Shown here piece by piece: positions 29,017-38,700 of a DNA stretch of 64,000 nt. The stretch's first letter is position 1; the number at the start of each line of letters is the position of its first letter. Source of the stretch: an uncultured Bacteroides sp. (GTDB lineage Bacteria; Bacteroidota; Bacteroidia; Bacteroidales; GCA-2748055); assembly GCA_964467775.1 (NCBI GenBank), contig CAYXUD010000148.1, positions 1,604 through 65,603 on the forward strand, in the 5' to 3' direction. The translations under genes and the position numbers were made by a program. The notes below the pieces were generated by a model. That model had not been told where the DNA came from and ran no database searches. It worked only from the letters and a program-made list of their open reading frames with translations.

Positions 29017-29934
29017 TTAACCTCCGGTGATCTCCCTGAATGCCTGCTCAAGGCTCTTTTCTTTCAGGGAGAGGGATAGTATAGTAAGACCCTGACTGAC
29101 AGCATAATTAAAAATATCACCCCGGATATCCCTCTCTTCATGGGTTTCCAGCAGGAAACGGTTCCCCCCGAGGTATTTGACATCATGGACAAAGGGGAGC
29201 TTTTTCCAGAGAGCCGGGTCTGCCGGTGATCCCAGCTCCACATGGATGGTCTGGATGCTCTTTGGACCCTTTTTTATCAGGGAGGCGGAATGCCCGTCGG
29301 CAACAATCCGGCCCTGGTCAATGATGATGACCCTGTCACAGATGGCCTCAACTTCCTGAAGGATATGTGTTGAAAGGAGGACTGTTTTCTTCTTTCCAAC
29401 GGCTGAGATCAGGTTCCGGATCTCAACCAGCTGGTTGGGATCGAGGCCGGATGTGGGTTCATCCAGGACCAGGATCTCGGGTTCATGAATAAGGGCCTGG
29501 GCCAGACCGACCCGCTGCCTGAACCCCTTGGAAAGCTGCCCGATCTTTTTGTGGGCTTCGGGATGGAGTCGCGTCATTTCAATGACCTCTTCGATCCGCT
29601 TCTTTCTCCCCAGTCCGGAAATGCTGTAAAGGCCGGCCACATAACCAAGATACTCACGGACATACATATCCAGGTACAACGGATTGTGTTCGGGGAGATA
29701 ACCAATGATCCTGCGGATCTCCTTCCGGTTTTCCACAGCAGGCATATCCCGGATCTCCACCTGGCCCCGGTCGGGAGGGATGATCCCGGTAATGATCTTG
29801 AAGGTGGTTGATTTACCGGCCCCGTTGGGACCGATGAAGCCCACGATCTCGCCTTTGGAAACAGTAAAAGAAACGTCATTGACTGCAGCCTGGGCGCCAT
29901 AGTACTTGGTAATTTCCTTCACTGCTATTGACAT
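29017..29934 (-). CDS. gldA: Gliding-motility-associated ABC transporter ATP-binding subunit GldA
   Basis: GPNGAGKST, IGYLPEHNPLYLDMYVREYL, LSKGFRQRVGLAQAL and LDEPTSGLDPNQLVEIR motifs. Confidence 0.85.
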   Translation of the reverse strand: MSIAVKEITKYYGAQAAVNDVSFTVSKGEIVGFIGPNGAGKSTTFKIITGIIPPDRGQVEIRDMPAVENRKEIRRIIGYLPEHNPLYLDMYVREYLGYVAGLYSISGLGRKKRIEEVIEMTRLHPEAHKKIGQLSKGFRQRVGLAQALIHEPEILVLDEPTSGLDPNQLVEIRNLISAVGKKKTVLLSTHILQEVEAICDRVIIIDQGRIVADGHSASLIKKGPKSIQTIHVELGSPADPALWKKLPFVHDVKYLGGNRFLLETHEERDIRGDIFNYAVSQGLTILSLSLKEKSLEQAFREITGG

Positions 29935-30039
29935 ACCTCAGAGCTCTTGGATTGGGTGGTCATCTTCGTTGAGCGCCCAGGCCCGGCAGCTTCACAAACA
30001 TTCAGGCTTCATGGCCCGCTTCGCGAACATCAGGGTCAC

Positions 30040-30882
30040 TCAGCCGTACATGAACTGGCCCACCTTGGCGAAGTTGGATTTCGGGTTGACGCACATCACC
30101 GGGATCTTCTCGTTGTTTGAAAGCAGGTATTGCTCCTTGGCACCAAAGATATAATCAACCTTGGTAAGATGCTTGGTGGTGGTGATCAGGATCAGGTCTG
30201 CTTTGATCTTTTTTGAGAAAGCAAGAATCTCCTTTTGAAAATTGCCGGTTTTCTGCGCTGTATGAATTTCATAATCAATGTTGTTCTGGATAAGGAACCG
30301 GATCGCAAAATTCAGGTTCACATTGGCTTTTTTCTGCAGGGTCTTATCGTTCAGCGGCGCTTTATAAAGGTGGATCTTGGAATTCAGGTATTTCCCAAGA
30401 AATATGGCCCACTGCAGTTTTTCCTTGTTCTCGGCCTTAAAGTCTATCGGGAAGACAATATCGGTATACCTGTCTTTGTCGGGCGGGGCATCCTGGACAA
30501 CAATAAACGGAACAGTTGACCCCGATATCACTTTCAGGGCCCAGCTGCCGAACAGTTTCTGTCCGCCTTTCATCCCGTGGGTACCCATCACCACAAAATC
30601 CACATGGTTCTTCTCCTCGGATGCGTAGTCTGATATTTCTTTAAAGATCTTACCATGGTGTACGTAATACCCCACCTCCTCTCCAAATTCTTTCTTTATC
30701 TCCTCAACGGTAGTCTCCATCTTCTCCCTGGCTGCTTCAACCTCTGATTCATCCCTTACAATGTGAAACAATACAATGTGGTATTTCACAATGTGTGACA
30801 TCTTGATGGCATGCTTGAGGGCATTATAGGATACAGCAGAAAAATCCCAGGTGACCAGGATGGATTTCTTCTCTTGCTCCAT
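30040..30882 (-). CDS. Universal stress protein (tandem Usp domains)
   Basis: ILVTWDFS..NAL, VVMGTHG..LFGS, and a second domain starting IVFPIDF. Confidence 0.88.
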   Translation of the reverse strand: MEQEKKSILVTWDFSAVSYNALKHAIKMSHIVKYHIVLFHIVRDESEVEAAREKMETTVEEIKKEFGEEVGYYVHHGKIFKEISDYASEEKNHVDFVVMGTHGMKGGQKLFGSWALKVISGSTVPFIVVQDAPPDKDRYTDIVFPIDFKAENKEKLQWAIFLGKYLNSKIHLYKAPLNDKTLQKKANVNLNFAIRFLIQNNIDYEIHTAQKTGNFQKEILAFSKKIKADLILITTTKHLTKVDYIFGAKEQYLLSNNEKIPVMCVNPKSNFAKVGQFMYG

Positions 30883-30993
30883 GGTGTAAGTTTTTGATAT
30901 CCGGGTAAAATTAATTGATTCTTTTTAGATTATGAAGATAACGATCGGAAATCGTAAAATTGTATTTTTATAGACTGCAAAAAGGAAAAGGAT

Positions 30994-32382
30994 ATGAAAA
31001 GATCGACCGTAAAGAAGTTGCTGTCCTCCTCTGAGACAGGCGGGGATGTGCTGTTAAAAGGGTGGGTCAGAACAAGGAGAAGCAACAACCAGGTGGCTTT
31101 CATCGCGGTCAATGACGGAACCATTCTTCACAGCATCCAGGTGGTTGCCGACCTGACAGGCTTCCCGGAGGAGACCATGAAACGGGTTACTACCGGGTCA
31201 AGTATCAGCGTCACGGGGCAGCTGGTGGAATCTGTCGGGAAAGGGCAGCGCGTGGAGATCCGCGCAAAAGAGATCACAATCCTTGGCGATGCCGATCCTG
31301 AAGTCTATCCCCTTCAGAAGAAGGGGCATTCATTTGAGTTTTTGAGGGAAATTGCGCACCTGCGTTTCAGGACCAACACTTTCGGGGCCGTCTTTCGAAT
31401 CAGGCATGCCCTCGCCTTTTCCATCCATAAATACTACAACGATCTCGGATTCTACTACCTGCACACGCCCATCATCACTGCTTCTGATGCGGAAGGGGCA
31501 GGGGCGATGTTCAGGGTGACCACCCTGGACCTGGAAAAGGTTCCTAAAAGTGACACCGGTGAAATTGATTATACACAGGATTTTTTCGGACGCCCCACCA
31601 ACCTGACCGTTTCGGGCCAGCTCGAGGGGGAGCTCGGTGCACTGGCGCTCTCCTCCATCTACACCTTCGGTCCAACCTTCAGGGCTGAGAATTCCAACAC
31701 ACCCCGGCATGTGGCCGAATTCTGGATGATCGAACCGGAGATGGCTTTCTATGATATCCATGATAACATGGACCTGGCCGAAGATTTCCTAAAGTACCTG
31801 ATCAGGTATATCCTTGAACAGTGCCAGGATGACCTGGAGTTCCTGAATGAAATGGTAGACAAGGGGCTCCTTGACCGGCTCAGGTTTGTTCTCGATCATC
31901 CCTTTGAAAGGAAAAGCTATAGTGAAGCGATCGATATTCTGCTGAAAGCGGACAGGCGCTTTGAGTACCCGGTCAGATGGGGATCTGATCTGCAGGCCGA
32001 ACATGAACGATACCTGGTGGAGCACCATTTCAGGCGCCCTGTGATCCTGACGGACTACCCGAAGGATATCAAGGCTTTCTACATGAAACAGAATGATGAC
32101 GGAACGACGGTCAGGGCCATGGATGTACTGTTCCCGCTGATCGGTGAGATCATTGGAGGTTCGCAGAGGGAAGAGCGGCTGGAAAAACTGCAGAACAGGA
32201 TGAGGGAAATGAATATTCCTGAAGAGGAATTGTGGTGGTATCTGGAAACTCGTAAATTTGGAACAGTGGAGCATAGCGGATTCGGACTCGGGTTTGAGCG
32301 GTTGCTCATGTTCATCACAGGGATGAGCAATATCCGGGATGTGATCCCGTTTCCCCGTACACCCAAGAGTGCCGAGTTTTAA
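30994..32382 (+). CDS. asnS: Asparagine--tRNA ligase
   Basis: [28 protein letters not shown] and GFGLGFER motifs. Confidence 0.97.
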   Translation: MKRSTVKKLLSSSETGGDVLLKGWVRTRRSNNQVAFIAVNDGTILHSIQVVADLTGFPEETMKRVTTGSSISVTGQLVESVGKGQRVEIRAKEITILGDADPEVYPLQKKGHSFEFLREIAHLRFRTNTFGAVFRIRHALAFSIHKYYNDLGFYYLHTPIITASDAEGAGAMFRVTTLDLEKVPKSDTGEIDYTQDFFGRPTNLTVSGQLEGELGALALSSIYTFGPTFRAENSNTPRHVAEFWMIEPEMAFYDIHDNMDLAEDFLKYLIRYILEQCQDDLEFLNEMVDKGLLDRLRFVLDHPFERKSYSEAIDILLKADRRFEYPVRWGSDLQAEHERYLVEHHFRRPVILTDYPKDIKAFYMKQNDDGTTVRAMDVLFPLIGEIIGGSQREERLEKLQNRMREMNIPEEELWWYLETRKFGTVEHSGFGLGFERLLMFITGMSNIRDVIPFPRTPKSAEF

Positions 32383-32391
32383 CGATGCAAT

Positions 32392-33840
32392 ATGCTAAAA
32401 CAGAAGCTTCAGCAAAAACTGTTACAGAAACTGTCCCCGCAGCAGATACAGATGATCAAGTTGCTGGAGATACCTGCCATGCAGCTGGAGCAACGAATCA
32501 AAAAGGAGATGGAGGAGAATCCGGTACTGGAGGAAGGGGATGATGATCCTTTCGGGGACCAGGAAGAGGTGAAGGAGGACCAGCCGGCCGAACAACAGGA
32601 TGAATTCTCGCTGGAAGATTACATGCAGGATGATGAAATCCCCAGCTACCGTTTGAATACACAGAACTATTCGGCCGATGACAAGAGGGAAGAGATCCCT
32701 TTCACTTTGGGAAGCACCTTCAGGGAGCAGATGAAAAGCCAGCTTGGGCTCAGGAAGCTGGACGAGAAGCAGGAGATCCTTGCCGAGTACATCCTTGGGA
32801 ACATCGATGATGACGGTTACCTCAGGCGGGAACTGGAAGCCATTGCCGATGACCTGGCATTCTCGGTTGGATTGGAGACCTCCTATGAAGCTCTGCATGA
32901 AGTCTTAATGATCATCCAGGAGTTTGATCCGGCCGGTGTGGGCGCCAGGAATCTTCAGGAGTGCCTGCTGCTGCAGATTGGCAGGAAGGATATGGACAAT
33001 CCGGTCACCGAACTGGCCCAACGCATCCTCAGGAATCACTTCGATGAGTTCACCAACAAGCACTATGACAAGATCATTCAAAGGCTTAATATCAGTGAAG
33101 AGATGCTGAAGCAAGCCCTGGATGAGATCCTCAGGCTCAACCCGAAGCCTGGCGGAGCCGTTGGCGATTCCCAGGGGAAGTCATTTCACCACATTGTTCC
33201 CGATTTCATCCTGGAAGAGAATGATGGAGAGCTGCAGCTCTACCTGAATTCAAATAATGTACCGGAGCTGAGGGTCAGCCGGACCTATTCGGATATGTTT
33301 GAGAGCTACAATGCCAACAGGGCTTCTGCCAGCCGTGACGAAAAGGACGCCATTACCTTCGTAAAACAGAAACTGGATTCTGCAAAGTGGTTTATTGATG
33401 CCATCAAACAGCGGCAAAACACCATGCTCCTTACCATGAATGCCATTCTGGAATACCAGCAGGACTATTTTTATGAAGGTGATGAAACACGGATGCGCCC
33501 CATGATCCTGAAGGACATTGCAGATATGACAGACCTGGATATATCCACCATCTCCAGGGTGGTGAACAGTAAATATATCCAGACACATTTTGGCATTTAT
33601 CCGTTGAAATATTTCTTTTCCGAGGGGATGCAGACTGAAAGCGGGGAGGAGGTTTCCACCAGGGAGATCAAAAAGATCCTGCAGAATTGCATTGGCAGTG
33701 AAGATAAAAGGAGACCCCTGACGGATGACCGGCTCTCTGCCATCCTCAATGAAAAAGGCTACCAGATTGCCAGGAGGACGGTTGCCAAATACAGGGAACA
33801 GCTGGGACTGCCTGTCGCCCGCCTGCGGAAGGAGTTGTAA
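32392..33840 (+). CDS. rpoN: RNA polymerase sigma-54 factor
   Basis: Q/L-rich region I, DISTISRV helix-turn-helix and RpoN box ARRTVAKYRE. Confidence 0.97.
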   Translation: MLKQKLQQKLLQKLSPQQIQMIKLLEIPAMQLEQRIKKEMEENPVLEEGDDDPFGDQEEVKEDQPAEQQDEFSLEDYMQDDEIPSYRLNTQNYSADDKREEIPFTLGSTFREQMKSQLGLRKLDEKQEILAEYILGNIDDDGYLRRELEAIADDLAFSVGLETSYEALHEVLMIIQEFDPAGVGARNLQECLLLQIGRKDMDNPVTELAQRILRNHFDEFTNKHYDKIIQRLNISEEMLKQALDEILRLNPKPGGAVGDSQGKSFHHIVPDFILEENDGELQLYLNSNNVPELRVSRTYSDMFESYNANRASASRDEKDAITFVKQKLDSAKWFIDAIKQRQNTMLLTMNAILEYQQDYFYEGDETRMRPMILKDIADMTDLDISTISRVVNSKYIQTHFGIYPLKYFFSEGMQTESGEEVSTREIKKILQNCIGSEDKRRPLTDDRLSAILNEKGYQIARRTVAKYREQLGLPVARLRKEL

Positions 33841-33849
33841 TATTTGAAA

Positions 33850-34488
33850 ATGAAGACAGCAGCCCGGTTGATCTCCTATTTGTTCCATCCCCTGCTCATG
33901 CCGACACTTGGGCTGCTGCTGATCCTCAACTCCGGCACCTATCTCTCCCTGCTGAATCCTGATGCAAAACGTGCCATCCTGTTCGTGATGGCCCTGGGTA
34001 CCCTGATCTTTCCCCTGATGCTGATCCCGGTTCTTTACTACCGGAACCTCATATCCACGCTTCAGAATAGCTCCAGGGAAGATAAACTGATACCCCACAT
34101 GGTGGTACTGATCCTCTATGTGATCACCTTTATCTATTTTGCAAGGTTGCCACTGAGCAGGATCATCCATGCCTATGCCCTTTCGGCCGCCATCCTGCTG
34201 TTCATTCTGCTGCTGGTCAGCCTGAGGTTTAACATTTGCGGCCACATGACTGCACTCGGGGGGATCACCGGCCTGACCTTAAGCCTGATCGTGCTTTATG
34301 GCACACCTCTGCAGGGGGTGCTCATGATCACATTGCTTGCATCCGGTCTGACCGGCAGCGCAAGGTTATCCCTGAAGATACAGCGGCCGGTTGAGATCTA
34401 CACAGGTTACCTGCTTGGTGTGGTGGTGGTCATGCTCACTTTACTAGTTTACCAGGGTCCTCTGCCTGGTCATTTTCATCCAGCATGA
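33850..34488 (+). CDS. Hypothetical membrane protein (PAP2-like)
   Basis: About 7 TM segments; ISYLFHPLLMP, ICGHM and SARL motifs. Confidence 0.7.
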   Translation: MKTAARLISYLFHPLLMPTLGLLLILNSGTYLSLLNPDAKRAILFVMALGTLIFPLMLIPVLYYRNLISTLQNSSREDKLIPHMVVLILYVITFIYFARLPLSRIIHAYALSAAILLFILLLVSLRFNICGHMTALGGITGLTLSLIVLYGTPLQGVLMITLLASGLTGSARLSLKIQRPVEIYTGYLLGVVVVMLTLLVYQGPLPGHFHPA

Positions 34489-34816
34489 TATTCAGCTTCA
34501 TGAGGACATCGTTGTATACCTGGTCCAGCAAAAGGGGATGCCTGCTGTATTCATACATGGTGGTGTCGAACATCTGCAGGCTGATCTTGTGTTTTTCTAA
34601 GATGGGACCAAGCAGGTCCACGGAATCCACATCCTCATAACGCCGGTAGAATTTCCGGTCGTTGGTGATCCCGTCCATCAGATGGATATCCACCAGTACA
34701 TCCACCAGGACTTCCCTTGGAACAAACTCTTTACCGGAGATCTGCTTCTTTTTCAAACAGCCGGCCGGAACAAGAAGGGTCAGGATCAGGAAAATGGAAG
34801 GGACCCGGAGAGACAT
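34436..34816 (-). CDS. DUF4296-family lipoprotein
   Basis: Lipobox PAGC; LVDIHL..ILEKHKIS..F..YSRHP..YNDV pattern. Confidence 0.75.
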   Translation of the reverse strand: MSLRVPSIFLILTLLVPAGCLKKKQISGKEFVPREVLVDVLVDIHLMDGITNDRKFYRRYEDVDSVDLLGPILEKHKISLQMFDTTMYEYSRHPLLLDQVYNDVLMKLNIMLDENDQAEDPGKLVK

Positions 34817-34821
34817 TATAT

Positions 34822-35724
34822 CTATTTGATATCGTTAAAACGGTATCCGATCATGATTTCGTGTGTGCCTGTATTGTATTTCCGAAGGCTGGTGATGCCG
34901 ATATCATATGAATAGCCAAAAAAGAGGGTTTTTTCATAACTGTAACCGAGCAGGATTGCGACGGCTTCATGGTACCGGTAAGAAACAGCCCCCCAGATCA
35001 TTTTTCTCCATTCGGTCCGGGCGGTTATATCGAAACCAAACTCGCGCGGGGCGGCCGCTTTGATCATTACAGACGGCTCCAGGCTCCAGTCCCGGGCCAC
35101 CTCAAACCTGTAAGCTCCCGTGAGGTTGACGTGTGTTTTCAGCCGGTTCAGCCCGTTCTTGTTTTCAAAGATCCTGACGTTGTTGTTCAGGAGCTGGGCC
35201 ACCGAGAGGCCCACATAGAACTCCTCGGCGTAGAGGTAGGCCCCGATTCCGGCATCAGGCATATAGGAGGTGCTGGTCATGTCCAGGATGGCAGGATCGG
35301 ATACATCTTTTGGATTCAGCTGCGTGCCGTCGATGCGGAACTGCAGCAGCGAGGCCGCAATTCCCATGGAGAGCCGGATATCGCCTGTAACAGCAATGTT
35401 ATAGGCATATGCCCCTGTAACCCCTGTCCTGCTGGTGGGCCCGGTTACGTCATTATAAATATATCCGCCGTATCCCATGTTCCATTTTGCATGGGGGCCG
35501 TAGAATGCGATGGAGTTGGTCAGCGGGGGATCCTCCAGCCCCACCCACTGGAACCTGTGATTGGTACGGATCTGGTAGTAATTGTGGACCCCGGCAATGG
35601 CCGGGTTGATCACGAAGTCATTGAACATGTATTGAGTATACTGGGGTAATTGCTGACCGGACAGCATGACAGGTACAGCAAGGGATGCCAGCAGCGGTAT
35701 GGTTATGGTTATGATCCTTCTCAT
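34822..35724 (-). CDS. T9SS membrane protein, PorP/SprF family
   Basis: QQLPQYTQYMFN..INPAIAG, RFQWVG and GYSYD..GTHEIMIGY motifs. Confidence 0.93.
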   Translation of the reverse strand: MRRIITITIPLLASLAVPVMLSGQQLPQYTQYMFNDFVINPAIAGVHNYYQIRTNHRFQWVGLEDPPLTNSIAFYGPHAKWNMGYGGYIYNDVTGPTSRTGVTGAYAYNIAVTGDIRLSMGIAASLLQFRIDGTQLNPKDVSDPAILDMTSTSYMPDAGIGAYLYAEEFYVGLSVAQLLNNNVRIFENKNGLNRLKTHVNLTGAYRFEVARDWSLEPSVMIKAAAPREFGFDITARTEWRKMIWGAVSYRYHEAVAILLGYSYEKTLFFGYSYDIGITSLRKYNTGTHEIMIGYRFNDIK

Positions 35725-35728
35725 GCTG

Positions 35729-38700
35729 CTACCTGATTATCGTTACATTACCGGTGATGGGTGCTGCCCCTCTGTAAGGGATGATCACATAGTAATAGGT
35801 ACCCACGGGAGCATCTTTCCCGTGTGCCTTGCCGTCCCACCTGCTGGCATCATCATAGCCCGTGGTCGAGAACAACATGTCCCCCCACCGGTTGTAAACC
35901 TCTACAACCATTTCAGGGAACCTGTATGCATTTTCTATATCGAAAAAGTCGTTGATCCCGTCCCCGTTCGGTGAGAATACATTATAAGCCTTGAGATCCT
36001 CTATGACTTCAACATATACGGAATCGGATTCCTCGCATCCATATTCACTGGTCCCGTAAACCGTGTAGATGGTCGATTGCTGCGGAGAGGCCACAGGATT
36101 TGGGATGGTACTGTTATCAAGACCGGCGGCCGGTTCCCAGCGGTAGGCACTGAACGGTCCGCCCGTGACCTCCAGCTGGACCGATGTGCCTTTTACGATA
36201 AATGTATCTTCCGTGACCACTATTCCGGTCAGCGGATAGATGGAAATGACCACGGTATCAGTATTGTAGCATCCGTAAACGCTGCCCTCTTCTGTGATGG
36301 TCAGTACATAGGCCGTTGTTTCAGTAACACCGGTGGCCACGGGACTGGCAATACCAGGATCGGAGAGAAAATCCACGGGCGACCACGAAGGGGTATGTCC
36401 TCCCTCTCCGTTAAGCTGCACGGATGTCCCGTGGCAGATGGTGGTATCCTCCCCGGCATACGCATCAACGGTCACCAGGCTGTTCACCGTGATGGTGTCC
36501 ACACCGGTACAGTTATTGGAATCGGTAGTCTGCACGATATAGGTTCCCGCTACCAGATTGGTACGGTCCTCATCCGAACTGCCGTCAGACCAGAGATAGG
36601 TAAAGGAGCCTGAGCCTCCCGTAACAGTAATGTCGATGGCGCCGGTCTCGCTGAAGGCATTGCACTCAGCGGCAGTAACGTTCCTGGCAATGATGATCTC
36701 CTCCGGTTCAATAATGGTCACCGAACCGGTAAATACCTTCCCGGCTTCATCCCTGGCCACCAGGTAATAGGTGGTGTTGCCTGAAAGGCCAGTGAAGAGG
36801 GCATCCGGGTAAAAACTTATCCCGCTGTCGACGGAATACTCCACGGCTCCCTCGGCATCGAGGGGATTGAATGTAATGGTCCCGTCGTTTTCCCCGAAAC
36901 AGGTCACATCGGTCACGGTCAGTTCAACAGCCAGCGGGAGAACATCAAGGATGTCGATCATCTCCTCGTAGATGCATCCGTTGGCATCCCGGACCATGAC
37001 ATGGTAGGTGCCGGCCTCCAGCATGGTATACGAGGTGTCGGAAGAGAAAGTGCCCCCGGGGCCCTCGATGGTGTACTCGTAAGGGGAGGTTCCTCCGGCG
37101 GTTCCGGTAATGGTAATACTCCCCAGGTTGCCAAACGTGGCATCTGTTTTCTCAATGGTAGCCGTAACAGGTGCCGGCTCATTGATGGTGACCGGCTCGG
37201 AGATCAGGCACCCCACCGAGTCCCTCAGATAGATGGTGTACGCTCCGGCCGCCAGGTTCACAAAGGTGCCTGTGTCCTGGAAATTCACCCCGTCCATCGA
37301 ATATTCCACCATTCCTTCTCCGCCGCTTCCCGTGGCCCCGATGGCCCCTGAGGCATCGCCATAACAGGAGGTGATATCAGTGACGGTAATGGAGAGGATC
37401 AGCGGGGGAGGCTCACTGATGATGAAAGATCCGCCGTAGAGGAGGCAGAAATTGGCATCCCTGGCAAATACCTCGAAAGTATCCGGGGAGAGGCCGGTGA
37501 TGAGGGAGTCCGGTCCCCAGGTCGCCTGGTTGTCGACAGAATACTCATAGGGGGGTACACCCCCGGAAGCATAAATGGTGATGCTCCCGTTGCCGGCGCC
37601 GTTGCAGCTGATATCTGTTTCCAGGATGGAGTCCAGAAGGAACTCAGGCGGATCGGAGAGTACCAGCGGGGAAGAATCCACAGGCCCGCACCCCCGGGAA
37701 TCATTTACAGTAACGGTATATGTTCCGGGTCCCAGACTGCTGAACAGGCCTGCCGGGCCGGACACAGACCCCGGGTTCAGGGTATAACTGAGGGGAGGGG
37801 TTCCGCCTGAAGCAATGATCTCGATCATCCCGTCACCGGTCCCGGCACAGGTGATCTGGGTAACCAGCTCAGCGGTAATGGCAACCGGATCCGGTTCATT
37901 GATCGCGATGACCGTATCCAGGGTACAGTCCTGGCCATCTTTCAGGGTAAGCGTATGGTTCCCGGCCGTAAGACCGGCAAAGTTCCCGCCCGGCTGGAAA
38001 CTCCCGCCGTCCACCGCATAGGTAATGGCCCCCGTACCCCCTGAACCGGAAACGGATATTTCCCCCGAGGAATCCCCGGCACACCCTGTTATATGGGTCA
38101 CCGTCATATTATCCACAACGATCTGCGGAGGCGTGAGGATCACCACGGTGGTATCACGGGTACAGCCGTTTTCATCCTCCATGATTACCTTGTGGGAACC
38201 ACCGGGCAAATTCTTGAAATCTCCCAGCGGTCGGGAAAGCGTATCGTTCAGGGTATAGGTGATCTTCCCGTTTCCGCCGGTGCCTGCAATCACAATCCGG
38301 CCTTCCCTGGCGTCGAAACAGCTGGTGATATCTTCCTGGGCATAGGAATCAATCCTCAGCATGGAGGGCTGGGTAATGACGTTCAGGTTGCCTGAAGCTG
38401 TGCAACCGCTGGCATCCCTCACAACGGTCTGGTAATTCCCGGCCGGCAGGTTGGTGAAGAGACTGGTGCTGTAGAAATCGGCTCCCCCGTTGATGGAGTA
38501 TTCATAGGGCAGAACGCCCCCGGTTACGTCATAGATATTGATCTGGGCGGAGGAGTCCCCGTAGCAAAGGTTTTGTCCCGATTTGGTTTCACCATTGATC
38601 TGGATCTCCTCGGGTTCTTCAATGGTAATGGTGTCGCTCACCACACACCGGTTGGCATCCCTGGTGTAAATGGTATAAAGGTTCGGCCCCAGTCCGCTGA

